NCBI GenBank assembly: GCA_041697335.1
Contig: JBGUGD010000004.1
Span: forward strand, 64,001 to 128,000
Source of the DNA: Vampirovibrionaceae bacterium NZW_1234
GTDB taxonomy: Bacteria > Cyanobacteriota > Vampirovibrionia > Vampirovibrionales > JAGQHJ01
Length of the DNA: 64,000 nucleotides
Direction of reading: 5' to 3'
Shown in pieces: positions 43,384 to 53,058 of the stretch; positions within the stretch are counted from its first letter, which is position 1, and the number at the start of each line of letters is the position of its first letter. A program made the translations under genes and the position numbers. The notes under the pieces are model-generated. The model had not been told where the DNA came from. It searched no databases and saw nothing but the letters and a program-made list of their open reading frames with translations.

Positions 43384-45318
43384 CTAGCGATAGTTGGCGT
43401 AGGCTGCGTACGGATGGGTATAACCAGTTGCCGTAGGATAATACTGGGCTTGCTGCTGAGCAAAGGGATTGCTGGCAATAGCATAGGTTGAGGATTGAGG
43501 GCCATATGCGGCGTATTGGTAATTGTAGGTCGCATAGGCTGTATTAGCATAAGGGGTGTATCCCCAGGGCTGAGGAGCTTGCCAGGTTTGTTGTTGTGAA
43601 TAGGTCTGTCTTGGGACAGCGTAACCGGCTTGCCAATTGTACATTTGGGGCATAAATGCCGGTTGCCATTGCGGCTGCCAGTGTGGCAAGGGGGACTGTT
43701 GCTGGGCCAATGCCGGTTGGGTCAACTGAGGTGCAACGTCGGCGGAGGGTTGTTGAGCTTCTTGTTCCTGCAGGATTTTTTGGTATTCGTCCAAGAAGGC
43801 TGGTTGCTCTTTGGCCGGTACCGTTGAGATCAGTTGAAAGCGCTTGCTATCAGACTCATCCGGCAGGAAATACTGGTTATTCAGCTTGGAATTGATGTCG
43901 TTCCAGATTTTTTGAGCTTGTTTGACTGGGAACCCAGCGTGATGAATTTTGGGGACAATTTCACTGGCGCGGCGCTGGACCAGATTCGGGTTGTTGTCAT
44001 CACTGTCAGCAATATTAAAGATGACTTCCCCGGTTTTAGCGTCTTTGGTGTAGCCAACAACGTTTAATTCGTGTCCCATATTAATGCGTCCGGTGGTGCC
44101 AGAGCGGTCCGTATCGGTAATGCCAATAATGACCTGTTCACCGGCATCAATTGCGCTGATTAAATCTTGTGTGGTTTCTTCAAAGCTGCGGTAGTAGCCC
44201 ATCAGGTAGGGTTCGTTGTCGCGATTTGAGGCAGTGAACTGGTAAGTAACGGACATGACACCGCCATTATCCTTAATGATGCTTTCCATCAAGGTTTTGC
44301 GATCTTCTTCCAGGCCCTTGGAGGGATCGAGGGTACCATCCGGGTTGACCCGCATATCGAGGCCCGGATCATAGGAGCGAACCACCAAATGAGTCAGTGC
44401 TCCTTGGTAAGCCGCTTCAACCACACCCCGGCTCCCGGATTCACGAGAACCTTGCTGGTTAACGGCCCGAACCAGACCGCTGTAAGGCAGGTTAACCTTG
44501 ACAATGTACTGCGTATTGTTGGTACCGGAGATGGGGGCAGCAGGAATACCATAATCATTTAGCTTTTTGGCAGCTTGGCTTGGATCTTCGGGAGAAATTT
44601 CAGCCAGGTTGGCTTTTTCGTTAAACGCTAAGCTTGGGCTGGTTAGTTCTGCAATGTGACGGGAAAATTCGCTGGGGCACTTGGATACCATATAATACAT
44701 CAGGCTGGAAGCCACGCAGGTCGCACTGGCATTGACACGAAGGGTATTAATGTCGATGGGGCTGGTAATTTGGGGACCTTGGCCGCTGTGGTAATACTGC
44801 ATTAATGCCTGCAAGTTGGCGTCTTTGAGAGTCCCAAATTTTTGTGTAATGGTTTGTGGGGCATTCATCAACCGCAGTACATCTTCCAAGATGACGTCGC
44901 CGTCAAGGCCTTTAGCACGGGGGGTGGCAATGATGTTAAACAAATGGGTCAATGTGGACCGGTTGTTGTCTGCTTTGGTGTCCGTTAAACGTCCTTGGAG
45001 CAATTGCTGGTACAGATTGGCTTTGCCCTTGGTGGATAGACGTGACTTAATGGCTTTGTACATAGCCAAACGGGTACCAAAACTTTCACCAGGAGCCATA
45101 TTGGTTTTTAAAAGGCTGGAAAGCTTGTAGCTTTCAATGGGATGGGTAACCCAGTCCAGAAGCCCAAGGCTGGTAGGCTGTGGTGAAACCGGAGCAGAGA
45201 CCGTGTCAAACTGGACGGTGTCAGCAAGAGACTGGCCAGCAGGTGCAATGCTCCTGGCGTTTTGAAGATTTGGAAGGCTAATGGGTGCCGATTGAACTGG
45301 ATTGACAGTATTAAGCAT
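43384..45318 (-). CDS. hypothetical protein, candidate papain-like cysteine peptidase with Q/Y/A-rich tail
   Basis: SATCVASSL...GHELNVVGY...NIADSD; GAGGGG RBS before MLNTV. Confidence 0.7.
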   Translation of the reverse strand: MLNTVNPVQSAPISLPNLQNARSIAPAGQSLADTVQFDTVSAPVSPQPTSLGLLDWVTHPIESYKLSSLLKTNMAPGESFGTRLAMYKAIKSRLSTKGKANLYQQLLQGRLTDTKADNNRSTLTHLFNIIATPRAKGLDGDVILEDVLRLMNAPQTITQKFGTLKDANLQALMQYYHSGQGPQITSPIDINTLRVNASATCVASSLMYYMVSKCPSEFSRHIAELTSPSLAFNEKANLAEISPEDPSQAAKKLNDYGIPAAPISGTNNTQYIVKVNLPYSGLVRAVNQQGSRESGSRGVVEAAYQGALTHLVVRSYDPGLDMRVNPDGTLDPSKGLEEDRKTLMESIIKDNGGVMSVTYQFTASNRDNEPYLMGYYRSFEETTQDLISAIDAGEQVIIGITDTDRSGTTGRINMGHELNVVGYTKDAKTGEVIFNIADSDDNNPNLVQRRASEIVPKIHHAGFPVKQAQKIWNDINSKLNNQYFLPDESDSKRFQLISTVPAKEQPAFLDEYQKILQEQEAQQPSADVAPQLTQPALAQQQSPLPHWQPQWQPAFMPQMYNWQAGYAVPRQTYSQQQTWQAPQPWGYTPYANTAYATYNYQYAAYGPQSSTYAIASNPFAQQQAQYYPTATGYTHPYAAYANYR

Positions 45319-45482
45319 AATGGCTTCCGTATCCCCTCTGACACACTTTAAAAACCACTGAACCAAAAAACATGCCGGAAGCCTATGGGAATTTAACGAT
45401 TCTTAACAATGCCAAAGCTCAGTCAAGGAACTGGATTTGGAGAGTCAGAACCTTAAAAAAACGAGAATGCCCAACATCAGGA

Positions 45483-47255
45483 TTATGGACGCAAAGAGGC
45501 GTCCAGTTGCTTTTGCAGGGAGGCCACTGTTTCGGCATCCGACTCTGGAAGATCAAGAGCTTTGGCCGTTCGAAGTGCCTGGCGGGCGGCTTGAATTTTA
45601 TCTTGTCCCAGATAAGCCTGGACTAGGCGGAGGTAAATGCGGGCAGAGAACGGAAAATAAAACCGAGCCTGTTTTAAGCTTTTTTCTGCTTCCCCATAGC
45701 GTTGAGCATCTAGATTTTGGCGAGCCTGCAGGAGTGACTCATCTGCCTGTTGCTTTTGTCCCCGGGACCAGTTGCCAACCCAGGAAGCCAAAGGGGTTGT
45801 GGCATCCACGGATTGTTGAGCCCAGGGCCAAGCTCCATGAAGAACAAGCATTTGGGTATCATATCCTTCTACTGTTTGGTTCAGCACCGCATTTTGAAGA
45901 CGAAGTGCCTCGACTGGACGATGTTGAATAATGCGAGCATAGGCCTGCGTCAATGGGTCACTGTTATCCTGGGCTATGGATTCCAGTACCTGTTCTAACC
46001 CCGGGTGAAAACCGTTGTTTCGGATGACTTGAATTTTCAGATCGGCAAGCTGCAAGGCCGGTGAGAAGGAGTCTCGACTACGAATGTCACTGGCTAATTT
46101 GTCTAACAAAATGGGGGAAGGCGGCTTATTTTCCTGCCACAGACGGAATGCCATAGCCGCCATGAGGGTTAGTAATTGAGGATTCTCCGGGGTAATACGA
46201 TACAAACGCTGATAGTCTGGGAGGGTTTCTGCCAGACCTTTGGTCCAAAAGGCTTCTGTGGCTTGGTCTACCAGTTTGGTAAGGATGCCCGGGTCTAAGG
46301 CATAGGCTTTGCGATAGGCATTAATGGCCTTATCTTCCTGATTGAGTGTATCCGAGAGCTGGGCATATTTCACCCATAGGTCGCTTCGATTGGGCATGAC
46401 CTCCAGGACGGTCCTATAGCTTTCCGAGGCATCTTCCAACTGGCCGAGTTGGCGCTGAGCGTCAGCCAAAACCAATTGGCGTTTGGGCCGCTCTCGTAAA
46501 TCTTGGGTGCGGGATTCTTTTAAGTAGATCAGTCCTTTCTCCGGGTCACCCTTTTGAACAAAAACTTTACCCAGAAGATAAAGTGTGTCCACATTGTGCG
46601 GGTCCTGCTCAATGGCTTGAAGCAAAATGGGAATTGCCAGACGTGGCTGCTCCTGCTCGCTATACATCTCCACCAAGGCATGTTGGGCTTTGATGTAATT
46701 TGGATCTTGGTTCAATGCCCTGAGGAAATAGGTTTCCGCTTCCGGAGGCAAGCTATTGAGAGATGCGATGACCCCTTTGATATAGAGTGTGGTCGGGTCC
46801 AGTTCGTTGATAGCGGCGGCTTGAAGGGCCAGTCGGTTCAGCTGGGCAAGGGTGGATTCTTTTTTTTCTGGGGTACGGGTAACCAGTGGGCCGAGAAGCA
46901 CATCACTTTCTAAATCAATGGGTGCAATGGAATCAGGGAATAAAGTGTAGGCGCTTTCTGCCAATTTACGTGCTTCTGCGTGGCGATGTTGGAGCATATA
47001 AAGATGAATCAATCGGCGGCGAATTTCTAAATCCGAGGGACTTTTTACCAAATGGGCTTCCATAAGTGAGCTGGCTTGACTCCAGTGACGCTGTTGCAGT
47101 AAGGTATCAACGCGGGTCACGATATCCGATTCTGGACGTTCTGCCTGCGCCCCAACAGGAAGGATTATGAGAGTAGTGGCTAAAAACCACGTCCAAACCC
47201 AGCGATTGATCGTTTCGTGTTTTTGTTTTTTCATGCTCATAGTTCGATCTTCCAA
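45483..47255 (-). CDS. exported TPR protein
   Basis: Signal peptide (AQA) and multiple TPRs. Confidence 0.85.
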   Translation of the reverse strand: MEDRTMSMKKQKHETINRWVWTWFLATTLIILPVGAQAERPESDIVTRVDTLLQQRHWSQASSLMEAHLVKSPSDLEIRRRLIHLYMLQHRHAEARKLAESAYTLFPDSIAPIDLESDVLLGPLVTRTPEKKESTLAQLNRLALQAAAINELDPTTLYIKGVIASLNSLPPEAETYFLRALNQDPNYIKAQHALVEMYSEQEQPRLAIPILLQAIEQDPHNVDTLYLLGKVFVQKGDPEKGLIYLKESRTQDLRERPKRQLVLADAQRQLGQLEDASESYRTVLEVMPNRSDLWVKYAQLSDTLNQEDKAINAYRKAYALDPGILTKLVDQATEAFWTKGLAETLPDYQRLYRITPENPQLLTLMAAMAFRLWQENKPPSPILLDKLASDIRSRDSFSPALQLADLKIQVIRNNGFHPGLEQVLESIAQDNSDPLTQAYARIIQHRPVEALRLQNAVLNQTVEGYDTQMLVLHGAWPWAQQSVDATTPLASWVGNWSRGQKQQADESLLQARQNLDAQRYGEAEKSLKQARFYFPFSARIYLRLVQAYLGQDKIQAARQALRTAKALDLPESDAETVASLQKQLDASLRP

Positions 47256-47313
47256 CTGTTGGTATAATACCAGGATTGAAGAGATTTATTTGGCGATGGG
47301 AATCTGAAAAGCT

Positions 47314-47673
47314 ATGTATACACAAGGATTTGGTGTTCTTCTAGTTCTATTTATCTGCTCCCTGCTATTTGCCTTAAGCACCATTATTGCTTCGTTTGTG
47401 GTAAGTGCCAAAGCTCCCAACCCGCTCAAGCAGACAGCCTATGAGTCTGGGATGACACCCTATGGTCAGGCACAAATCAAGTTTGACGTGAAGTTCTATT
47501 TGTATTCATTACTCTTCATCCTGTTTGATATTGAAGCCATTTTCCTGTTCCCATGGGCGATTGCCTTTATGAAGGTGGGGCTCTTGGGGCTGATGGAAAT
47601 GCTCTTGTTTTTGACTATACTATTTATCGGGTTAGTCTACGCTTGGCGCCGTAAGGCCCTTGAGTGGCAATAA
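47314..47673 (+). CDS. nuoA: NADH-quinone oxidoreductase subunit A (NdhC)
   Basis: [26 protein letters not shown]. Confidence 0.96.
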   Translation: MYTQGFGVLLVLFICSLLFALSTIIASFVVSAKAPNPLKQTAYESGMTPYGQAQIKFDVKFYLYSLLFILFDIEAIFLFPWAIAFMKVGLLGLMEMLLFLTILFIGLVYAWRRKALEWQ

Positions 47674-47711
47674 TTGACATCGGGTCATCAGCATCACTAG
47701 GAGGCACAATC

Positions 47712-48419
47712 ATGTCTAATTTAAAGTTACCCGATCTTGGCGAACTGCTGGAGAGTAGCGGTATTATTTTGGCCAGCGTGGATATGCTGTATAACTGGGC
47801 TCGTTCTAACTCGGTGTGGCCTTTAACTTTTGCTACATCTTGTTGCGGGATAGAGATGATGTCCACCAGTGTTTCCAATTTTGACATCTCACGCTTTGGA
47901 TCTGAAGTTTTCCGGGCAACTCCCCGTCAGGCTGACTTGATTATTACGGCGGGCACTATTACCCATAAAATGGCACCGGCTTTGGTTCGCTTGTATGAGC
48001 AAATGCCTGAGCCCAAGTATGTTATTGCCATGGGTGCCTGTACCGTGACGGGTGGGATGTACGAAAATGACACCTATTCAGTGGTACGAGGTGTTGACCG
48101 GTTAATTCCGGTTGATGTGTACGTACCTGGCTGTCCGCCTCGTCCGGAAGCGTTGCTGGATGCTTTAATTCAGCTTCAGAAAAAAATCCGTAAGGAGTCT
48201 TTGAAAGACAGAATGGCTCGTATCGCCACCCACCGTCCACGGGTGAAGTTGGGGCCTGGGGAAGTTCTCCTTCCGAATGAAGAGTTCCCCGATTATGTTC
48301 GTTGGGGTGTCCAGCGTGATGCCTATGAGTTGGACGATTTAGAAATGGTCAGAGGTAATATAAGGTTCCGTCATGAGCAACGAGAACGAAATCGACAAGC
48401 CGCAGCCCGCCAGCAATAA
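47712..48419 (+). CDS. nuoB: subunit B (NdhK)
   Basis: [36 protein letters not shown]. Confidence 0.96.
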   Translation: MSNLKLPDLGELLESSGIILASVDMLYNWARSNSVWPLTFATSCCGIEMMSTSVSNFDISRFGSEVFRATPRQADLIITAGTITHKMAPALVRLYEQMPEPKYVIAMGACTVTGGMYENDTYSVVRGVDRLIPVDVYVPGCPPRPEALLDALIQLQKKIRKESLKDRMARIATHRPRVKLGPGEVLLPNEEFPDYVRWGVQRDAYELDDLEMVRGNIRFRHEQRERNRQAAARQQ

Positions 48420-49038
48420 CGAACCTGCTGCCGAAGCTAAAGCTGCTGAACCGAAAACAGCTGAAGCCAAACCGTCTGAAGAAGGCGCTGAGAAACCAAA
48501 ACCTGTTGCTGCTAAAGCGGCCGCTGCCGAAAAGCCAGCTGCGCCGAAAAAAGAAGAAACCCCTCCGCCGCCCCCTGAGCCAGGTCCTTATGCGACTTTG
48601 CTTGGTAAGCTGGGCTTTTCTCCGGCCCCATTGGGTAAGGATGCTACTGGCATGGAGATGATCGAGTTAAAGTCCTCAGAATTTCTGAATGCAGCAGTGG
48701 CGTTACGTGACAATGCCGAAGCCCAGTTTGATCTGTTGGTTTCTGTTTCGGGCGTGGACTGGAAAGACCGTCTGGAAGCGGTATACCACCTATACTCCAC
48801 CAAGACCTTTGATCGTCTGGCCTTGAAAGTTACGGCCGTGGATGAAAAAATTCCTTCGGTGGTGTCGGTCTGGCAAACGGCGGATTGGCATGAGCGTGAG
48901 ACCTATGACCTTTTTGGCATCGTCTTTGAAGGTCACCCCAACCTAGAGCGTATCTTGATGCCCGTTGATTGGATCGGACACCCGATGCGCAAGGATTACA
49001 AGGTAGAAGATCCCAGATTAGTATGGAATGAGCGGTAG
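48373..49038 (+). CDS. nuoC: subunit C (NdhJ) with A/E/K/P-rich N-extension
   Basis: [28 protein letters not shown]. Confidence 0.94.
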   Translation: MSNENEIDKPQPASNNEPAAEAKAAEPKTAEAKPSEEGAEKPKPVAAKAAAAEKPAAPKKEETPPPPPEPGPYATLLGKLGFSPAPLGKDATGMEMIELKSSEFLNAAVALRDNAEAQFDLLVSVSGVDWKDRLEAVYHLYSTKTFDRLALKVTAVDEKIPSVVSVWQTADWHERETYDLFGIVFEGHPNLERILMPVDWIGHPMRKDYKVEDPRLVWNER

Positions 49039-50266
49039 CGATATGGCGACGACAATCACTCCCCCCGAAACAGCTCAAGGCGTTTATTTTGAAAAGGACA
49101 TTGACACCAATGATATGGTAGTCAATATCGGCCCGCAGCACCCTAGTACCCACGGGGTTTTGCGTCTCATCACCACGCTGGATGGCGAGTTGGTGAAATC
49201 CATGGAGCCGGTAATTGGTTATTTGCATCGAAGCAAGGAGAAAATGGCCGAATCCCGGTCTTTATTCCAATACCAGCCCACCATTGACCGGGTTGAATAT
49301 CTTTCTTCCTTCTTCGATCATTATGTATTCGTGTCTAACGTCGAAAAAATCTGTGACATACAGGTTCCTAAGCGGGTTCAATACATTCGGATGATTACGA
49401 TGGAGTTGAACCGCATTACGTCCCACTTGCTTTGGTTTGGGACGTTTTTGTTGGATTTGGGTGCGACCAGCCCCATGTTCTACGCCTTCCGGGATCGGGA
49501 AAAAATCTTCAAGCTTTTTGAAGATTTGACCGGTGCTCGGATGATGTACAACTACTATCGCTTTGGCGGGGTGATTGCCGATATGCCTGAAGGCTGGCTG
49601 GACAAGGTCCGTCTGGTCATTGATGATTTGCCCAAGCGCTTTGACGAATACGAAGCTCTGGTTAATAAAAACCCCATCTTCCTGGATCGCACCATTGGGG
49701 TGGGCTATCTGGATCCGCAGCAAGCCATTCAGTATGGGGTTACCGGTCCGACCTTGCGGGGTTCCGGAATTGCTTTGGATCAACGCAAAACCAACCCCTA
49801 CCTGTGCTACGACGAAGTTGAGTTTGATGTGCCGGTGGGCAAGAACGGCGATTGTTACGATCGCTACAAAATCCGTGTTCAGGAAATGCGGGAATCGATT
49901 CGCATTATTCGCCAATGTATTGAAAAAATGCCTGGCGGTGATACGGCTGAGCTGAATCGGCGTCGCAAAGCTGGGGACGAAGATGCCCTGAACAACCCGG
50001 ATTATCAAATTACCGGTAAAAAAATCAATCTGATTACCTTTAAGCCCAACAAAGGTGAGGCTTTCACGACGGTAGAGTCTCCCCGAGGCTTTTTAGGGTG
50101 TTATATGATTACCGACGGCACCCCAAAAGCCTATCGGGTCAAGTGGCGTGGTGCGTCCTTCTCCAACCTGAGTATTCTGCCACCCTTGATGGAAGGACGT
50201 TTATTCCCAGACCTGATGGCCATTTTTGGAAGCATTGACGTTATTCTTCCGGAGGTCGATCGATAA
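49028..50266 (+). CDS. nuoD: subunit D (NdhH)
   Basis: NIGPQHPSTHGVLRL, GYLHR, EVDR terminus. Confidence 0.97.
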   Translation: MSGSDMATTITPPETAQGVYFEKDIDTNDMVVNIGPQHPSTHGVLRLITTLDGELVKSMEPVIGYLHRSKEKMAESRSLFQYQPTIDRVEYLSSFFDHYVFVSNVEKICDIQVPKRVQYIRMITMELNRITSHLLWFGTFLLDLGATSPMFYAFRDREKIFKLFEDLTGARMMYNYYRFGGVIADMPEGWLDKVRLVIDDLPKRFDEYEALVNKNPIFLDRTIGVGYLDPQQAIQYGVTGPTLRGSGIALDQRKTNPYLCYDEVEFDVPVGKNGDCYDRYKIRVQEMRESIRIIRQCIEKMPGGDTAELNRRRKAGDEDALNNPDYQITGKKINLITFKPNKGEAFTTVESPRGFLGCYMITDGTPKAYRVKWRGASFSNLSILPPLMEGRLFPDLMAIFGSIDVILPEVDR

Positions 50267-51508
50267 ATGAAAGATTTTCTCTATAAACTGCTGATGGACT
50301 TAGGGTTGCCCCCGGAACTCATTTTTTTCATCTGGGCCGGCTTGATGTTTGTGGTCATTTCCCTTGTGGGGCAGGCTGCAGTTGTCTTTATGGTTTTGAT
50401 GGAACGTAAAATTTTGGCTTGGTTAACCCAGCGCAAAGGCCCCAACCGTGTTGGTCCTTGGGGGTTGTTGCAAACGGTTGCCGACGGGGTGAAGCTCCTT
50501 TTTAAAGAAGATGTTATGACCCCGGAGCAGGACAAATTGCTCTTTACCATGGCTCCGGTATTGTTCTTCCTGCCGACCTTTGTTATTTACGGCTTGATTC
50601 CGTTTACCAGCGAACTCGTGGGTGTGGATCTGACCTTGGGGCTCCTGATGGTCTTTGCCTTGTCCTCCATTGGGGTTGTTGGTATCGTTCTTGCCGGATG
50701 GGGCAGTAACAACAAGTATTCGCTGATTGGTGGGATGCGTAGCGCCTCTCAGGCCATCAGCTATGAAATCCCCTTGGTGATGTCGGCCCTGGGTGTGGCC
50801 TTGGCCTCTGGTTCCTTGAACCTGAAGGAAATTGTTGAAGCCCAGAATGCAGGCCAATTTGGTGCCTTTTCCTGGTATTGGCTTAGCATTTTGCCCTTGA
50901 GCTTTGTTATTTTCTGGATCTCGTCCATTGCCGAGGTCAACCGGATTCCCTTTGACTTGCCTGAAGCCGAAAGCGAATTGGTCAGCGGGTATAATACCGA
51001 GTACTCCGGTATGAAGTTTGCCTTGTTCTTTCTCGCCGAGTATGCCAGCCTCTTTGGGATGAGCGCCTTGATGGTTGTCTTGTTCTTTGGTGGGTATTAT
51101 TCCCCCATTGGCGGGCTGATCCTCGAAAGACTTGGTTTTAATGAACCCTTGTTGCTGCAATTTGAGATGGCAACCTGGCTTATTCTCAAGACTTACGTCT
51201 TTATTGCTCTTGCCATGCTGATTCGGGGAACGCTACCTCGCCTTAAACCGGATCAATTGATGGGCTTCAGTTGGAAATTTTTGATTCCATTGTCTCTGGT
51301 GAACTTATTGCTGATTGCGATGTTGAAGATCTCCTGGTCTCTTGAAAGCACAGCGGTCATTTCTCTCGGGGCGTTCTCCATTAGTCTTCAGTATGCGGTG
51401 ACCTACCTCTTAATGGCTCTTGCACTGTTCCTGGTGCTGATGGCCTTCGGAGCGCTCTTTAAGCGTAAGGTCGTTACCCGCATCCAGATGCAGCAAAGGA
51501 CGGTATAA
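50267..51508 (+). CDS. nuoH: subunit H (NdhA)
   Basis: ERK, GPNRVGPWGLLQ, PFDLPEAESELVSGYNTEYSG. Confidence 0.97.
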   Translation: MKDFLYKLLMDLGLPPELIFFIWAGLMFVVISLVGQAAVVFMVLMERKILAWLTQRKGPNRVGPWGLLQTVADGVKLLFKEDVMTPEQDKLLFTMAPVLFFLPTFVIYGLIPFTSELVGVDLTLGLLMVFALSSIGVVGIVLAGWGSNNKYSLIGGMRSASQAISYEIPLVMSALGVALASGSLNLKEIVEAQNAGQFGAFSWYWLSILPLSFVIFWISSIAEVNRIPFDLPEAESELVSGYNTEYSGMKFALFFLAEYASLFGMSALMVVLFFGGYYSPIGGLILERLGFNEPLLLQFEMATWLILKTYVFIALAMLIRGTLPRLKPDQLMGFSWKFLIPLSLVNLLLIAMLKISWSLESTAVISLGAFSISLQYAVTYLLMALALFLVLMAFGALFKRKVVTRIQMQQRTV

Positions 51509-51510
51509 CC

Positions 51511-51996
51511 ATGGGAATTACAGATAATAAAGTTATCAGTGGTGCCATTGAAGTTGGTCGGGGCATGGGTGTGGTTGCCAAGCACCTGTTTCGTCCGCCC
51601 GTAACATTGGAATATCCTGAAGTGATGCCGGATCTGAGCGAACGGTTTCATGGAAGGCTCTGCTTATTGACCAAATCCAGCGGTGAGGATCTGTGTATTG
51701 GTTGTCAAGCCTGTGCTCGGGTTTGCCCTTGTGGAGACCTGATTCAGATTGATATGCACCGTGATGAGAACAAAGTTCCCGTCATCGACCGTTTTACCAT
51801 TGACTTAGGTCGATGCATTTTTTGTGGTAATTGTACAGAAGTCTGCCCGGTTGACTGCATTAAAATGCTTCCGGACTTTGAGCTAGCTGATTATGACCGG
51901 CGCGCCCTTGTTTTAGACAAGTATGCGTTGGCTTTAAGCGGCGAAGAGTCTGATCAATATCGGTTGCAGCACGGTTTGGAGCCTCATGTAGAATAA
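51511..51996 (+). CDS. nuoI: subunit I (NdhI), 2x[4Fe-4S]
   Basis: CIGCQACARVCP and CIFCGNCTEVCP. Confidence 0.96.
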   Translation: MGITDNKVISGAIEVGRGMGVVAKHLFRPPVTLEYPEVMPDLSERFHGRLCLLTKSSGEDLCIGCQACARVCPCGDLIQIDMHRDENKVPVIDRFTIDLGRCIFCGNCTEVCPVDCIKMLPDFELADYDRRALVLDKYALALSGEESDQYRLQHGLEPHVE

Positions 51997-52718
51997 TGGA
52001 TACATCGCCGTTTTTATATAATCTCAGCTTTTGGGCCTTTGCAGCTCTGATGATTGGCGGCGCCTTGGGCGTTGTTCTTCATCGCAGTATTGTTTATAGT
52101 GCCCTGCTGCTTTTGGTGACCTTTCTGTCTATTTCGGCCATTTTTGTACTGCTCAATGCGCCGTTTATCGCCGCAGCGCAAATTCTGGTCTATGCCGTGG
52201 GCCTTACCATCGTGTTGATTTTCGGGATTATGTTAACCGGGGACAAACCCTTTGTTGACCCCGTGGGTCAAGAACGCCCTAAACGCTTCTGGATGATTCC
52301 GGCGGCGGTTTCTGCAGCGACGCTAGGCTTTTTGGTCTGGGCCTTGATGGCACCCAATCTGGTGGCCAATACTATTTCCGGGTTGTTTATTCAACAAGTT
52401 GATCCGGCTACGGCCTCCTCGCTGGCAGGCGTTCAGGCCATTCAAACCGATGCCGGCTTGAGCCATATTGGGCAGCTTCTTTTTTCCAAATATTTGATTC
52501 CCTTTGAGTTGGCCTCTATTTTATTGCTTTTAGCAATGATTGGCGCCATCATCTTGTCGAAACGCCAATTCCCTGAGGAAGAAGGGCAACTTACCGCCCT
52601 CGTTGGAGAATCGGATCAACAAGATGCCTTAAACTCCCCAGATATGATGCAACCTCTGGGAGTGCCGGGATCGTCCGATTCCTCACAAAATGAAAAAGAA
52701 GTCTTAGGAGTCCACTAG
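51996..52718 (+). CDS. nuoJ: subunit J (NdhG)
   Basis: AAQILVYAVG, PFELASILLL. Confidence 0.94.
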   Translation: MDTSPFLYNLSFWAFAALMIGGALGVVLHRSIVYSALLLLVTFLSISAIFVLLNAPFIAAAQILVYAVGLTIVLIFGIMLTGDKPFVDPVGQERPKRFWMIPAAVSAATLGFLVWALMAPNLVANTISGLFIQQVDPATASSLAGVQAIQTDAGLSHIGQLLFSKYLIPFELASILLLLAMIGAIILSKRQFPEEEGQLTALVGESDQQDALNSPDMMQPLGVPGSSDSSQNEKEVLGVH

Positions 52719-52722
52719 TCTG

Positions 52723-53037
52723 ATGTTTGAAGTCGGTTTGTATCATTATCTCGGGTTGACCGTGATTCTTTTTTGCATTGGGCTGTATGGTGTCATGTCG
52801 AGCCGCAATGCCATCCGTTTGTTGATGTGTATCGAGTTGATGTTGAATGCCGTCAATATCAACTTGGTAGCTTTCAATAACTACGTCAACATGAATGACC
52901 TTAGTGGTCAGATTTTCAGTATTTTTATTCTTACCGTTTCCGCAGCCGAAGCCTCAGTGGGTCTCGCCATCCTTATTGCCTTGTATCGCAAACGGGTGAG
53001 CGTGGATATGGAGCGCTTCAATTTGTTAAAGTGGTAG
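52723..53037 (+). CDS. nuoK: subunit K (NdhE)
   Basis: RNAIRLLMCIELMLN, SAAEASVGL. Confidence 0.96.
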   Translation: MFEVGLYHYLGLTVILFCIGLYGVMSSRNAIRLLMCIELMLNAVNINLVAFNNYVNMNDLSGQIFSIFILTVSAAEASVGLAILIALYRKRVSVDMERFNLLKW

Positions 53038-53058
53038 AGCACTACTAAGGAGAGCAAG

